31,727 nt of DNA, taken from positions 1 to 31,727 of the IMG/VR virus record IMGVR_UViG_3300022407_001286. The stretch is one strand, 5' to 3'. Below the pieces are notes generated by a model. That model did not search any database, was not told where the DNA came from, and worked only from the letters and a program-made list of their open reading frames with translations. This document shows, one piece after another, positions 16,923 through 25,111 of this stretch. This DNA is from a virus (Duplodnaviria > Caudoviricetes). A program made the position numbers and the translations under genes. How positions within the stretch are numbered: the first letter of the stretch is position 1; each line of letters begins with the position of its first letter.

Positions 16923-17366
16923 TTAGACATCAAAAAGCCCACTTGTAGTGCTTACTTGGAATGTAGAGTTAGTAGAACTAACAGTCAGACCACCGCCTAC
17001 GTTCAAATCACAATAACCAATCAATCGGTCAGAGCCAGCTAATGCACCAGCAGCACGTTTAACAATAGCTACATATTTAGCAGTAAGTGATACGTTACTA
17101 CCGAAGCTAATATCAGCACAATCCCATAAGATCGTACCAGCACTCATTACTGATGTCTTACCAGTAAGAACTACTGGAGCATAACCTACATCACCAATTA
17201 CGTTAGCTGACATGTCTGAGTAAACAGTGTGGGTGACTAATGGTGTATAACCAGTACCGAGCAATACCGCTACAATAGTATCAGCAGCCCAATCAATCTG
17301 GTTAGCGTTATCAGTCAATAAAGATTCTTTACCAGTGTTGTATAAAGTGAAATTGCCTACAGCCAT
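16923..17366 (-). CDS. Putative fibre/filament subunit (147 aa)
   Basis: IDWAADTIVAVLL..GYTP...H, DCADISF, LIGYCD motifs typical of small phage fibre subunits. Confidence 0.6.
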   Translation of the reverse strand: MAVGNFTLYNTGKESLLTDNANQIDWAADTIVAVLLGTGYTPLVTHTVYSDMSANVIGDVGYAPVVLTGKTSVMSAGTILWDCADISFGSNVSLTAKYVAIVKRAAGALAGSDRLIGYCDLNVGGGLTVSSTNSTFQVSTTSGLFDV

Positions 17367-17369
17367 TTC

Positions 17370-18404
17370 TTAGTTCCTTTTGTTATTTGAAGAAGATAAA
17401 ATAAAAATATTATTTGAGGTTTTCAATACGAACGATCTAGTTTGTTTCTCATTCATGATGAATATCCTATCTGGCTCAAACACCAGAGGTTGAATACTGT
17501 CTGTCCACTGTAATAGTTTATAAGACACATTCAGTGATAGAGGGGACGGTGTAGAATTAAAACCAGAAACAACAAACAACTGTTTAGGTGTCATATTGTA
17601 TCTTGTCTTATTGATAACACCACTAAATGAAACGTCAGTACCAACTGTAACATCTAATTGTTTAGTGTTAATCAATAGTGAAGATTTATTTAGTAAAGCA
17701 TTTAATGGTATACTAGAGCCTGTGACAACACTTAAAGGTTTAGTAGATAAGACAAGAGATTGTTTGTTAATACCAGATACAAAACCAGAAGCACTACTAA
17801 GTTGTTTAGTTGTAAGTGGTAGAGAATCTTTATTTAGATTGTTCGTCCATCCAATTTTACTACCTAATTGCTTAGTTGTCAAGGGGTAAGATTGTTTACC
17901 TATACTACCTACGAATGGCAGGTTAGCACCTATAATCACTTCTAATTGTTTAACTGCTAATGGTAGATTAGATTTACCTGTCGTATTAACAAAACCTAAT
18001 ACATTGGCTGGATTCTTAGGGGTAAGGATTAATGTTCTTTTACCAACACCTAACACTGTACCAATACTAACAACTAACTGCTTATCTGTTTTAGTCAATG
18101 ATGATTTATTGGCGGATAAACTAAATCCAGCACTAACAGATTGTTGTTTGTTAGTGATAGGTAGTGATTGTTTATTGACTGTGTTATTAACACCAGCTAC
18201 AATGTTTAGTGTTTCTGGAACTAATGATAATGACGTCTTATTGGAAGTAAGGACATTGCCGTTGATTACAGCTTGTTGTTTAGTTGATAGAGGTAATGCG
18301 GATTTATTAACAACACCTGTAAATGGTGTTCCGCCACCCCCACCAGTCTCAGGTATAAACACAACACCATAAGGGAGTAAGCCACTAGGCATTATACCAT
18401 ACAT
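17370..18404 (-). CDS. Virion protein with about twelve 22-aa repeats
   Basis: Repeating (N/G)K.SL.L..KQL.V..G unit. Confidence 0.75.
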   Translation of the reverse strand: MYGIMPSGLLPYGVVFIPETGGGGGTPFTGVVNKSALPLSTKQQAVINGNVLTSNKTSLSLVPETLNIVAGVNNTVNKQSLPITNKQQSVSAGFSLSANKSSLTKTDKQLVVSIGTVLGVGKRTLILTPKNPANVLGFVNTTGKSNLPLAVKQLEVIIGANLPFVGSIGKQSYPLTTKQLGSKIGWTNNLNKDSLPLTTKQLSSASGFVSGINKQSLVLSTKPLSVVTGSSIPLNALLNKSSLLINTKQLDVTVGTDVSFSGVINKTRYNMTPKQLFVVSGFNSTPSPLSLNVSYKLLQWTDSIQPLVFEPDRIFIMNEKQTRSFVLKTSNNIFILSSSNNKRN

Positions 18405-18407
18405 AGA

Positions 18408-18914
18408 TTACTCCTTAAATTTGATACTCCACAACTCAGGTAATCTATGGTATTCACCTTCATTCGGAAATGCCTGTACTAATTGTCTAGCTTTATGTCG
18501 CAACCCTACATAATATGCACTGGCGTTACTGAAAGCAATTGAGTCTCTTATTACCCTTGTAGCAAGCTCAGCGATAGTTATACCTCGTTGGTTTGCTACT
18601 GTAGCTAAGAATGGGGTAGGTGCTGTTGGGTTGGACTGCAAAGTAAGAGCTTCTTTCTCTTGTCTTTCCCATGTCTTGATTTCACCTTCAGGCCATCCCG
18701 CAGTAAGAGAGTCAATACAGTGTTGGAAGTCAACGTCTATTTCAGCAAACTTTTTAGCTTTCTCTGCCGCCCAAGGGTTGTAAGATTCAATAAATTGATT
18801 CACTAACTCATCTGGGGAATTAGATACCCATTCACCATCTTGTTGTTCCAGAATAATACCATTTTTCTCAAGGTAGGTGAATAAATTAAAACCTTTATCT
18901 TGGAAATTAATCAT
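18408..18914 (-). CDS. Tail fibre assembly chaperone-like protein
   Basis: WPEGEIKTWERQEKEA...APTPFLATVANQRGI...LATRV motif; ATGA-coupled to upstream fibre gene. Confidence 0.7.
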   Translation of the reverse strand: MINFQDKGFNLFTYLEKNGIILEQQDGEWVSNSPDELVNQFIESYNPWAAEKAKKFAEIDVDFQHCIDSLTAGWPEGEIKTWERQEKEALTLQSNPTAPTPFLATVANQRGITIAELATRVIRDSIAFSNASAYYVGLRHKARQLVQAFPNEGEYHRLPELWSIKFKE

Positions 18915-19780
18915 AAGATACCACCTTTAATCATAGCTTGTGGTGCGCCAGCATTCATTATAGCAGCCATCGCACCAAATGTATTCGCAGGGAGCGCTGT
19001 GAACTGAGAAGCACCATCATTATACCAATGGGATATAGGGTTAGATTGATATGTGTTTGGTGATATGCCGAGTTCTAGCAAGTTTGTGTTGCCTGACATT
19101 ACCTTAATAGCGCCGTTAGATATGATAGCAAAACCATAGACACCTTGACCAAGTTTACGAGTAGTGGTAATAGATTTGATACTAGCGGTTGCTGTATCTA
19201 TTAAACCGAAATCTTCCAGTAATGAGAAACTACTATCGTAGTTGTTACCAGTATCTGATTGCTTAGTTAAGTTATAGATACCTACTCTAGCTTGCGAACT
19301 GGCTACACCTAGAGTTACGGTGTAAGCTAAAGCTGATAGTTTGGTTGGGGCTAGAATTAAATGGGGTACTACATAAAGGCGGTTTGCTGTTAAGGTTATC
19401 TCCCCTCTAACACCAACAGACTGCCCTGTCAATGTCCAATTAACTTGGTTGAGCATTCTGCTACCAAAAGCTCTAGCGTTAGTACCGACAATAACAATCT
19501 TATCACCAGCAGGGAAGTTAAGTTTGGCAGTAGTGCCGATGGATGTATTGAATACGTTTTGTCTGACTAGAGTATTTGCCGCAGATAAATAACCTTCACC
19601 ATCTTCCCAATTACCTAATTTATCTTGTATTGTATAAGGGAACACATGGTTAACCCCGTAAAAAGAATTGAATGTTACATTACCTGTATTGAATGTTGTA
19701 GCAATCGCCCAAGCACCGTCTAATGTGAAGTTTCCTGTACCTGTAGATGTTGAGGTTTCTGCTATTCTGTTAGCACTCAT
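18911..19780 (-). CDS. Putative fibre tip / virion protein (289 aa)
   Basis: N-terminal NRIAETSTSTGTGNFTL.GA, WE.GEG, LNFPAGDK module plus C-terminal beta-sandwich (ARVGIY). Confidence 0.65.
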   Translation of the reverse strand: MSANRIAETSTSTGTGNFTLDGAWAIATTFNTGNVTFNSFYGVNHVFPYTIQDKLGNWEDGEGYLSAANTLVRQNVFNTSIGTTAKLNFPAGDKIVIVGTNARAFGSRMLNQVNWTLTGQSVGVRGEITLTANRLYVVPHLILAPTKLSALAYTVTLGVASSQARVGIYNLTKQSDTGNNYDSSFSLLEDFGLIDTATASIKSITTTRKLGQGVYGFAIISNGAIKVMSGNTNLLELGISPNTYQSNPISHWYNDGASQFTALPANTFGAMAAIMNAGAPQAMIKGGIL

Positions 19781-20199
19781 TTACTATTACTCCAAATCAT
19801 CTCAGGGGTAATCCTCCCAAGATTTTTATCTCTATAAGTTCCTGCTGCATAAGCTACTAGCTCTGAGCAGAACCATTTGTTATTTGTATTCCATCCTGTA
19901 CGAAACAATATACCGAAGACAGCGGAGAAATCATATTTCTTACCTACTTCAGCAGATAGTCTTTCATAAGCAGCATCTACACTATCCGCTACAATAATAT
20001 CTGCAAAGGAATGGTCATTGTATCGCTTGATGAATTCACGTATTGGTGTTATAATGACACCCTTAGTAGCTGTGGATTCAAACACCATATCACCAACAAC
20101 GATACCGCAGTGACTCCACCTACTCCATGTGAATACTCTGATTAACCAAGAGAAAGGTAAGTTGTTTTTACCGAATATTACTTTAATTGTAGGGGACAT
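19777..20199 (-). CDS. Permuted papain-like NlpC/P60 (YiiX/YebB-like) hydrolase
   Basis: SRWSHCGIV (His first), GKKYDF, WFCSELVA (Cys last). Confidence 0.88.
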   Translation of the reverse strand: MSPTIKVIFGKNNLPFSWLIRVFTWSRWSHCGIVVGDMVFESTATKGVIITPIREFIKRYNDHSFADIIVADSVDAAYERLSAEVGKKYDFSAVFGILFRTGWNTNNKWFCSELVAYAAGTYRDKNLGRITPEMIWSNSK

Positions 20200-20390
20200 T
20201 ATTTATCCTTCAGAGGTGTTGTTGTAACTGTGCGAAGAAACACGTTGACCATCGCAACACACATGAATATTAGACCGTAGTAGTCACCAAGAGCCATCTG
20301 AAATAATCCAAGATTTAATTCAACAACACCTAGCATACCTATCAACAAGTTGAATAGCATCGTCTTACTTTTGTACCACTTCATTTTCAT
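20199..20390 (-). CDS. Putative holin (2 TM) with M-K-M dual start
   Basis: KWYKSKT N-terminus, two hydrophobic helices, LRTVTTTPL tail; adjacent to spanins. Confidence 0.7.
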   Translation of the reverse strand: MKMKWYKSKTMLFNLLIGMLGVVELNLGLFQMALGDYYGLIFMCVAMVNVFLRTVTTTPLKDK

Positions 20391-20646
20391 TCCTTGCCTT
20401 TATTGTTAAATTGCAGATAGCTAAATCATTACGAAGTCTTTTTTCAGAAGTGATATAATCTATCACAAGCTCCCCTTCACGCTTACTGATAGGACACTCT
20501 TGCATTAATTGAGGTGGTGTGGTAATAGGGACTTCTACAATGCGGTCTACATAAACTGTCTTAGTTGTTTGACACGCCACTAATGCTAGAACTAACACGC
20601 ATATTAAGACAAGATTTCTCAAAACCTTCAGGTAATTGTTGGACAT
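20365..20646 (-). CDS. o-spanin (Rz1-like lipoprotein)
   Basis: Start at ATG 20646; signal peptide with lipobox LVAC; PPQLMQECP; overlaps i-spanin 3' end in another frame. Confidence 0.8.
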   Translation of the reverse strand: MSNNYLKVLRNLVLICVLVLALVACQTTKTVYVDRIVEVPITTPPQLMQECPISKREGELVIDYITSEKRLRNDLAICNLTIKARNENEVVQK

Positions 20647-20932
20647 ACTTAATAATCTCTTTCTCATCAGAAAATCCATCTTCTTTCATTTTATCTATTG
20701 TGTTTTGTAGGGAGAGTAGTTTAGCATTCTGTTCTGAGTTACGTTTCTGCAATACTAAATACTTTTGTGTATTCTCATTAGAGATACGTATAGCGTTCTC
20801 TGCTTGTGTTCTATGAAGCTCTACGTGAGCTTCTAAGGCTTTATTATCTAGTTGGAGTACATAGATATACCCCCAAGCACATCCTGCTATCAGTAACGCT
20901 CCTACGAGCTTTAAAATAGGTGTTGGAATCAT
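20561..20932 (-). CDS. i-spanin (Rz-like)
   Basis: N-terminal TM then long coiled coil and C-terminal Cys; ATGA-coupled to endolysin. Confidence 0.8.
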   Translation of the reverse strand: MIPTPILKLVGALLIAGCAWGYIYVLQLDNKALEAHVELHRTQAENAIRISNENTQKYLVLQKRNSEQNAKLLSLQNTIDKMKEDGFSDEKEIIKYVQQLPEGFEKSCLNMRVSSSISGVSNN

Positions 20933-21405
20933 TGGAACACTCCGTTACTGACGTAGTACATATCTAGACTACCCTCTTTCATTGTTTTAGCATGACGTAA
21001 TGCTCTATTACGTGTTTGTTTAGCCCACAGACTATCGAGCATTTGTTTTGATGCTTCTTCAAAGTTCTCTGATTCAATAGCAGCCCACATCTTTTTAAAG
21101 TTGAGTACGCCAGTGAGTCCGAGTTGGTAACAAAGAGAGATTAACATTGCTTGTCGTTGAGGTGAACATTTACTCCAAGCTAAAGGTTTAGCTTTAGTTA
21201 ATTCTGTGATGTTCTGATTAATTCTCTTACGGACAAATTCTAATTCTTCTTTCTCATTAGCAACAATAGCAGGTAGTGGTGCGTATTTAGTGTTGGAGAG
21301 TTTCCTACCATACCCTATTGTAACATAGCCCCTTGAGCAGTGGTATGGTTTAGCTACCCACCCTTCCTCTAATTTAATTATCAATTCTGCGAATTTGTTT
21401 TCCAT
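20929..21405 (-). CDS. Endolysin, T4-lysozyme-like muramidase (GH24)
   Basis: GGAGG RBS before ATG 21405; E-x8-C-x5-T triad (EGWVAKPYHCSRGYVTIGYG), FKKM, SLWAKQTRNRA. Confidence 0.92.
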   Translation of the reverse strand: MENKFAELIIKLEEGWVAKPYHCSRGYVTIGYGRKLSNTKYAPLPAIVANEKEELEFVRKRINQNITELTKAKPLAWSKCSPQRQAMLISLCYQLGLTGVLNFKKMWAAIESENFEEASKQMLDSLWAKQTRNRALRHAKTMKEGSLDMYYVSNGVFQ

Positions 21406-21785
21406 AATTTCCTCCATTTGCAATCTATCACCACTCCAAGTAAAACAATCTGTAATAAAATAAATTGAATATATTCTCGGTATGGGTAGAACATTGTTTG
21501 ATAGTAACTAAACTGTTCGTGAACATTTAACAAGAAACTCAGTACACAAGGTATTCCAACTAAAAAGGCTTTAACATCGTCCTTCAGTAGAAACACCGTA
21601 GCGAACATTAGTATGTCGAAGGACGCCTCTTTAATGTAAAACACATCTGGTGGTAGTATAAAATGTAACGCTAAACCGATAAACATTATGAAAGAAAGTA
21701 GCCTACTTACTAATACAATGTCCTTATCTTTAATTAGTAATGACAAGATAATTAAGGTTACTGGAGTAATAAATAGGCTAATCAT
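21381..21785 (-). CDS. Polytopic membrane protein (about 4-5 TM, 134 aa)
   Basis: Almost wholly hydrophobic with basic C-tail; stop lies inside the endolysin 5' end. Confidence 0.75.
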   Translation of the reverse strand: MISLFITPVTLIILSLLIKDKDIVLVSRLLSFIMFIGLALHFILPPDVFYIKEASFDILMFATVFLLKDDVKAFLVGIPCVLSFLLNVHEQFSYYQTMFYPYREYIQFILLQIVLLGVVIDCKWRKLWKTNSQN

Positions 21786-21786
21786 G

Positions 21787-21897
21787 TTAAACTGTTTCCT
21801 TCACCGGATCACCAGATTCACTAGGTTCTGTCGGAACTGAATTAGGTTTCACTGGAGGCTTGACTGGTTTGCTTGGTTGTGGTAATTCAGAGGGCAT
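21787..21897 (-). CDS. 36-aa proline-rich micro-protein, not in ORF track
   Basis: AAGGAAG RBS, MPSELPQPSKPVKPPVKPNSVPTEPSESGDPVKETV*, fills the gap and stops 1 nt before the next ATG. Confidence 0.7.
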   Translation of the reverse strand: MPSELPQPSKPVKPPVKPNSVPTEPSESGDPVKETV

Positions 21898-21908
21898 TAT
21901 ATACTTCC

Positions 21909-22331
21909 TTATTTAGAGTTTATCTTATTTAACATACGCGACATTTTACCAATCATTGCCAAAGGTTTGACACGACTGAGTAAATCTTCTTTATTGAATG
22001 GTTTAGTAAAGTAATCTACTCCCCCACACATAAATGCTTTACATCTGGAGTCATCATCTACTTCCGCAGTGAGGAATACAGTTGGTATATCTTTAGTGTT
22101 ATTGTTTGATTTCAATTCTTCGGATACGTCATAACCAGTGTACCCGTTGTCTAATGAAATGTCAAGCACAATTACATCAGGTTTAAATTCTATAGCACTA
22201 TCTAGTGCAGCATAATGTCCATATACAGGGCATACTTCGTATCCATGTCTCTCAAATAATTGAGTGAGGAATAATAGCATAAAGCTATCATCCTCAACAA
22301 GCATAATTTTAGGATTTGTCATTACGTTCAT
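21909..22331 (-). CDS. Stand-alone response-regulator receiver (REC, CheY/DivK-like) protein
   Basis: LVEDD (E13-D15), PDVIVLD (D57), FLTA (T88), DYFTKPF (K110-P111); no output domain. Confidence 0.92.
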   Translation of the reverse strand: MNVMTNPKIMLVEDDSFMLLFLTQLFERHGYEVCPVYGHYAALDSAIEFKPDVIVLDISLDNGYTGYDVSEELKSNNNTKDIPTVFLTAEVDDDSRCKAFMCGGVDYFTKPFNKEDLLSRVKPLAMIGKMSRMLNKINSK

Positions 22332-22611
22332 TGACCATTACCCACTTAGCGTTCAGAACTGCTAAATCTCTGACTAATTGATTGAGAGTTAAATTCATTT
22401 CTCTCGTCATTATAATCACTTCCCTTTGGTCATCCTTGATTCCTGATACTGACCTTGCTATCTCTTTCTCCATTTCCTCAAAGGTTGGGGAGTTCGCTAA
22501 CTTGGTTACAACAGATTCCAAAACTTTATCATTCTTCTTTTTGTCGTACCAGAACCAAGCGGCAAGACCCATCCATGAGTATTTAAGTAATGCGAATATC
22601 TCTACGTTCAT
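22309..22611 (-). CDS. Single-TM coiled-coil protein (holin/antiholin-associated type)
   Basis: AGGA RBS; N-terminal hydrophobic helix, DKKKNDK, amphipathic coiled coil; overlaps REC gene by 23 nt. Confidence 0.75.
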   Translation of the reverse strand: MNVEIFALLKYSWMGLAAWFWYDKKKNDKVLESVVTKLANSPTFEEMEKEIARSVSGIKDDQREVIIMTREMNLTLNQLVRDLAVLNAKWVMVNERNDKS

Positions 22612-22630
22612 TTGTCAATCCTGAATGTTG

Positions 22631-23263
22631 TTATGGGAAAATACCACCGCGTATATCCCTGAATGAATAAGTCACTTGAAAACGGTTGTCTGTTGTCATA
22701 CCGGATTTAAGTAGTTTTAAGTTTGGTTTATGAATACCTGTTGGGTACTCAGTATCAAATCTATCACGTTGTAGTCTCATATACGCTCTATTATCAACTA
22801 CATAATACATCATAATATCTGAGTTTACGTCAGAGGTATCATTAATGTAATCGAAGTTAACAATAGGGCTGTGACCATTCGTTGTAATAGTTTTAAATGT
22901 TAAGCTGCCGAGTTGACTATCATAGAACCACAATACTAGTTGTGTTCCTTTCTGATAGAATACTACAGGTCTACCTAAATTATCGAATGACAAAGATATA
23001 TCAAGGATAATAGTAGCTTCGGGAAATAATACTGTAGGTGCTGACCAATTATCTGAATCTACCGCCCCTCTGATCACTACATTACCAGAGGTTTGATATA
23101 CCATCCAATATCTAGTATTTATGGAACCATTAGAAACTGATAGTTCAACACCACCAGTTTTAATGTCAAATACAGATGAATATCTGGTATCTGGTTTAGG
23201 TAGATTAGCAATAGCAAAGTCTTGGGGTTTAGTAATAGATGACCATGTATTGTTTGGTATCAT
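22631..23263 (-). CDS. Putative tail fibre/tip-associated protein (210 aa)
   Basis: DISLSFDNLGRP, LWFYDS, DIMMYY, RLQRDRFDTEY motifs; late-region context. Confidence 0.6.
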   Translation of the reverse strand: MIPNNTWSSITKPQDFAIANLPKPDTRYSSVFDIKTGGVELSVSNGSINTRYWMVYQTSGNVVIRGAVDSDNWSAPTVLFPEATIILDISLSFDNLGRPVVFYQKGTQLVLWFYDSQLGSLTFKTITTNGHSPIVNFDYINDTSDVNSDIMMYYVVDNRAYMRLQRDRFDTEYPTGIHKPNLKLLKSGMTTDNRFQVTYSFRDIRGGIFP

Positions 23264-23267
23264 ATCA

Positions 23268-24176
23268 CTATGCTCTACTTAAAGTATACTCTGTGACCAG
23301 AGAAAGGACTTTAGTTGCGTCTTTAGGAATAGCGGGTGTAAACTGTATTTTATGGATAGCGCCGCCACCTATAGCAACAATACCTCCGTCAATATTACCT
23401 TGAGCGATATTGGCAGTTATTGTCTGTTGAATTCTACCTGCTAATGGATCGGTCTTTGTACTGTTTATGTTGACCGCGCCAGCACCTGAAGGAGCAACCC
23501 CTGCTGCACCGAATGTTACACCAGTACCCCAAGCATTCTGATAATTCAATGTACCAGACAATACTGCTGACAATGACTGCCCCGCAGTTAATCCTGCACC
23601 TCTGCGAGTAATCCAGTTGTATATTTGACCATTGAGAGTAACTTGACCGGAACCATCCGTATCAGTGCCAATAACAGCTAACTTATAAGTTATTAATAGT
23701 TGGTCTTGTACCGTCACCGTTACTGTGGTAGGACTCCCGTTGACATCGGTTACTAAAGCACGAGTATGTACGGTAGTAGCGCCAGCATTTGCCACACCAT
23801 CCATACAAATACCTAGTTCAGATAATGCGCCAACTACTGACCCTAGTGTAAATCTGAAGGTAGTAGTATCTTCAAACTTCCAAGTTGTGCCATCTACAAT
23901 AAACTCTCTCGAAGTTGCTGAAGTTGAAGTTGTACTAGCAAGTAGATTCTGTAATGAGGTATTTGTCGGTTGTGGAGGGGTTGAACCAGTACCCACACGT
24001 AAGGTGACATTACCGTTTGTAGGTAAGTATGCGTCACTCACTAAAGTACATTGGAAAAAATTATCCAACACCATGTTTGGTCGGAAACCGCTATCGTATG
24101 TTACTTCCCCATCGGCATTCAAAAGTCGTACTTGGTATTGACCTTTGACGCCTAAATTAGTTGTTGTTTTGATCAT
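23268..24176 (-). CDS. Putative tail fibre subunit (302 aa)
   Basis: NMVLD, VGTGSTPP, GALSELG, TRALVTD.NG.P, FTPAIPKD.TK.L motifs. Confidence 0.65.
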   Translation of the reverse strand: MIKTTTNLGVKGQYQVRLLNADGEVTYDSGFRPNMVLDNFFQCTLVSDAYLPTNGNVTLRVGTGSTPPQPTNTSLQNLLASTTSTSATSREFIVDGTTWKFEDTTTFRFTLGSVVGALSELGICMDGVANAGATTVHTRALVTDVNGSPTTVTVTVQDQLLITYKLAVIGTDTDGSGQVTLNGQIYNWITRRGAGLTAGQSLSAVLSGTLNYQNAWGTGVTFGAAGVAPSGAGAVNINSTKTDPLAGRIQQTITANIAQGNIDGGIVAIGGGAIHKIQFTPAIPKDATKVLSLVTEYTLSRA

Positions 24177-24616
24177 ATTAAAGTTCCTGATACTACACTG
24201 AGGTTACTCACAGTGATTAATTGTTCGATTTGATTAGGTACGTTCACTACCACTACTTGTAGATTACCGCTGATTACAGATAAATTACTCATCAACAACT
24301 CTTGTTTTTGATCAGCAACCTCTGCTATTACAGCACTCAAAGAACCGGAAGCTACTGATAATGAAGTTATATTGAATTCGTCTTTCGTCACAGGAAATTC
24401 AAACAATCTCAGATCGCCTGACACTAGAGATAGAGTTGATATATTTAACTCATCTTTATATATAGGTACGTCTTTCAGTTCACCGGATATTACGGATAAT
24501 GTACTAATGTAAGTAACATCTTTACTATTCAGTGGGTATCTGTTGGACACCAAAGCTGCACGTACATTGAGCCTGTAGCCACTATTTATGACACTATATA
24601 ATTTATAGTTACTCAT
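24173..24616 (-). CDS. Virion protein with five ISTLSVISG.L-type repeats (147 aa)
   Basis: Start at ATG 24616 just after the upstream stop; five repeats visible. Confidence 0.7.
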   Translation of the reverse strand: MSNYKLYSVINSGYRLNVRAALVSNRYPLNSKDVTYISTLSVISGELKDVPIYKDELNISTLSLVSGDLRLFEFPVTKDEFNITSLSVASGSLSAVIAEVADQKQELLMSNLSVISGNLQVVVVNVPNQIEQLITVSNLSVVSGTLI

Positions 24617-24618
24617 AA

Positions 24619-25101
24619 TTAATAACCTAAATTGCCAGCCACGATCCATTGAGTGCTAGATACTGCGATAGCAGCAATTGTACTACCTTTATCATACGTT
24701 GTTGGTGTGGAGTCTTGTGGGTGAACTAATTGAACACCGTTTGCACCCACTAAACGTACCGTACCTTCCCCCATTTGAGTGAAGAACACAGTAACACCTT
24801 TGTTAGTAACTTCAACATTACCAGCGCTATTTAAAGTCACCGTAACTTGCTGATTAGCACTACACAAAAAGTGTTTAGCTTGGTCGGTTGAACCAATGTC
24901 GAAACCTACAGATGAAGTGTTAACTAACTTAACTGTATTGCTATCAGCAATGGCTTTAGCAAAACTAGGTACAAGACCTGACTCTGTATCTACTACTGTA
25001 TTATCATTTCCATGCACTATGTCGTGGGTGATTGCTATATCTTGTTTTAATACAGCTATAGCAGCTTCTGTTGTAGTTGGAGGATATGGTAAAAATGGCA
25101 T
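24619..25101 (-). CDS. Short fibre/adaptor protein (160 aa)
   Basis: AAGGAG RBS; HDIVHG...TESGLVPSFAKAI anchor motif of tailspike N-termini; C-terminal Q.G.G.V...W...G.L domain. Confidence 0.65.
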   Translation of the reverse strand: MPFLPYPPTTTEAAIAVLKQDIAITHDIVHGNDNTVVDTESGLVPSFAKAIADSNTVKLVNTSSVGFDIGSTDQAKHFLCSANQQVTVTLNSAGNVEVTNKGVTVFFTQMGEGTVRLVGANGVQLVHPQDSTPTTYDKGSTIAAIAVSSTQWIVAGNLGY

Positions 25102-25111
25102 TTAAATCTCC

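Noticed and set aside
22309-22331. Programmed frameshift fusing the TM coiled coil to REC
   Set aside because: No slippery heptamer in the overlap; simple translational coupling is sufficient
20647-24649. Longer track starts at 20679, 21423 and 24649
   Set aside because: RBS position, signal-peptide length or gene packing favour 20646, 21405 and 24616
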